Below, piece by piece: positions 56,957-57,982 of a stretch of 57,982 nucleotides of DNA. The first letter of the stretch is position 1, and every line of letters starts with the position of its first letter. The stretch comes from a virus (Duplodnaviria > Caudoviricetes). Position numbers and translations under genes: made by a program. The DNA lies in IMG/VR virus record IMGVR_UViG_3300045580_000309, positions 1-57,982 of that record; one strand, 5' to 3'. The notes beneath the pieces are model-generated. The model saw only the letters and a program-made list of their open reading frames with translations. It made no database searches and was not told where the DNA came from.

Positions 56957-57982
56957 CTATGCCCAATTCTTTATCGCTGTGAAGTTCTGACGAGAGAACT
57001 CCAAGCGGTCTACCAGTTTGTAGACACCCTTTGCGGCAACTGCCACAAATCCTTCGGGATTCGCAACGCGGAATCCACTATCAGTTGGATAGAAAGCACC
57101 AACAGTCTTGACCTGATTCATCTTTCCGATGATGATGTTTTTGGCAACAGCAATCCGCTTGTGCAGATCAAATGCCTTCTTCAGACCGCTAGCCTGCGTT
57201 CGTATGCGCTGTATGAGTGCCTGGTCTGGTTTTGGTTGTGCTGCTGCAAACTGTATCAGGCCTGGCACCGATCCTTTGTCCACACCTGTACGGATACTGT
57301 TGTTGAAGTATCTCGTAAGTGTTTCTTTCATGGCGGAGTCCTTTTGTAAGTGATTTAAGGAATCCGTAACTGTTTTATCAGCCTTGAATGCCAGTATATC
57401 TGCCAGTAGTTTCTCCAGTTGATTTGATTCGGCAGCACCGAGAGTTGCCACACCAGTAGCGTCTACGAACGATGCGTCTTCTACCCAGGCCTTGCTGTTG
57501 CCCTTTAGAGAAGAAACATTCGGATTGAAAGACGCAGACAGATTCTTTAGATCGGTTCCTTTGTATTGTGTGTGGAACACTATACCGATTTGTGATTTGG
57601 CTATACGCTTTCCAAGATCGCTCTTGGTTGGTACAGCATACATGATGGTGTTTGGTTGGAAGGTATAGAATGACTCTCCATCTATGGTCTGAGTCTTAAG
57701 ATCGCCTGGTGTAAACATCAAATCACCTTGCAAGATTCCACTTATCCCTGCGTCCTTTAGAGCATCAAACGCAGCGTGTAACTTGGCAGCAACTCCTGAT
57801 CCACCGTGATTAGTGTCGATGTCTGAGTGCGAGTAGTTTACCTTTGGTGTCTTGTTGAATAGACTTTTGGTTGCAACAAAGAACTGCTTGGTCTGTGGGT
57901 CTTGCCCGCATATCACAGCAGGCGCACCGTCCCACTTTACAGACACAAAAGCGGCACCCTTGCCTCCACCGCCCAATGTTTT
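56957..57982 (-). CDS. Conserved T4-like phage protein (DUF6267-like) with ligase-type nucleotidyltransferase motifs; 5' end outside the window
   Basis: VKWDGAPA..CG, FFVATKS.FNK.PK, LQGDLMF, FQPNTI.YAVP, PEGFVA, KLVDRLEFS..NF; reading frame stays open to the window edge. Confidence 0.75.
   Translation of the reverse strand, partial: KTLGGGGKGAAFVSVKWDGAPAVICGQDPQTKQFFVATKSLFNKTPKVNYSHSDIDTNHGGSGVAAKLHAAFDALKDAGISGILQGDLMFTPGDLKTQTIDGESFYTFQPNTIMYAVPTKSDLGKRIAKSQIGIVFHTQYKGTDLKNLSASFNPNVSSLKGNSKAWVEDASFVDATGVATLGAAESNQLEKLLADILAFKADKTVTDSLNHLQKDSAMKETLTRYFNNSIRTGVDKGSVPGLIQFAAAQPKPDQALIQRIRTQASGLKKAFDLHKRIAVAKNIIIGKMNQVKTVGAFYPTDSGFRVANPEGFVAVAAKGVYKLVDRLEFSRQNFTAIKNWA

Overview
This window is the virion morphogenesis region of a large T4-like (gp23/gp20/gp18-type) myophage whose gene order resembles marine and freshwater T4-like phages. 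All credible genes lie on the minus strand. In transcription order (right to left): a ligase-fold protein (DUF6267-like, truncated), a 40-aa membrane peptide, a HIGH-motif nucleotidyltransferase, small conserved ORFs, gp5 (no lysozyme domain), PAAR, a hypothetical protein, gp25, gp6, gp7, gp8, a 2297-aa DUF4815-like structural protein, and a ~23 kb adhesin/fibre block. Then come gp13, gp14, gp15, gp16, gp17, gp18, gp19, an extended portal gp20, an inserted adaptor/peptide/fibre cassette, gp67-like, gp21, gp22 and the 5' part of gp23. Most unusual points: (1) three paralogous tail-collar proteins share one carbohydrate-binding-like scaffold whose two loops carry different Cys-rich knobs and up to ~1,400 aa of Thr/Ala/Pro stalk; (2) the 3264-aa member ends in a domain with GH56 hyaluronidase-like motifs; (3) [VIL]-T-G is enriched in virion-surface proteins; (4) a perfect 16-nt complement of the 16S rRNA 3' end sits directly before the nucleotidyltransferase start codon. 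All assignments come from motif recognition and synteny by eye; no searches were run.
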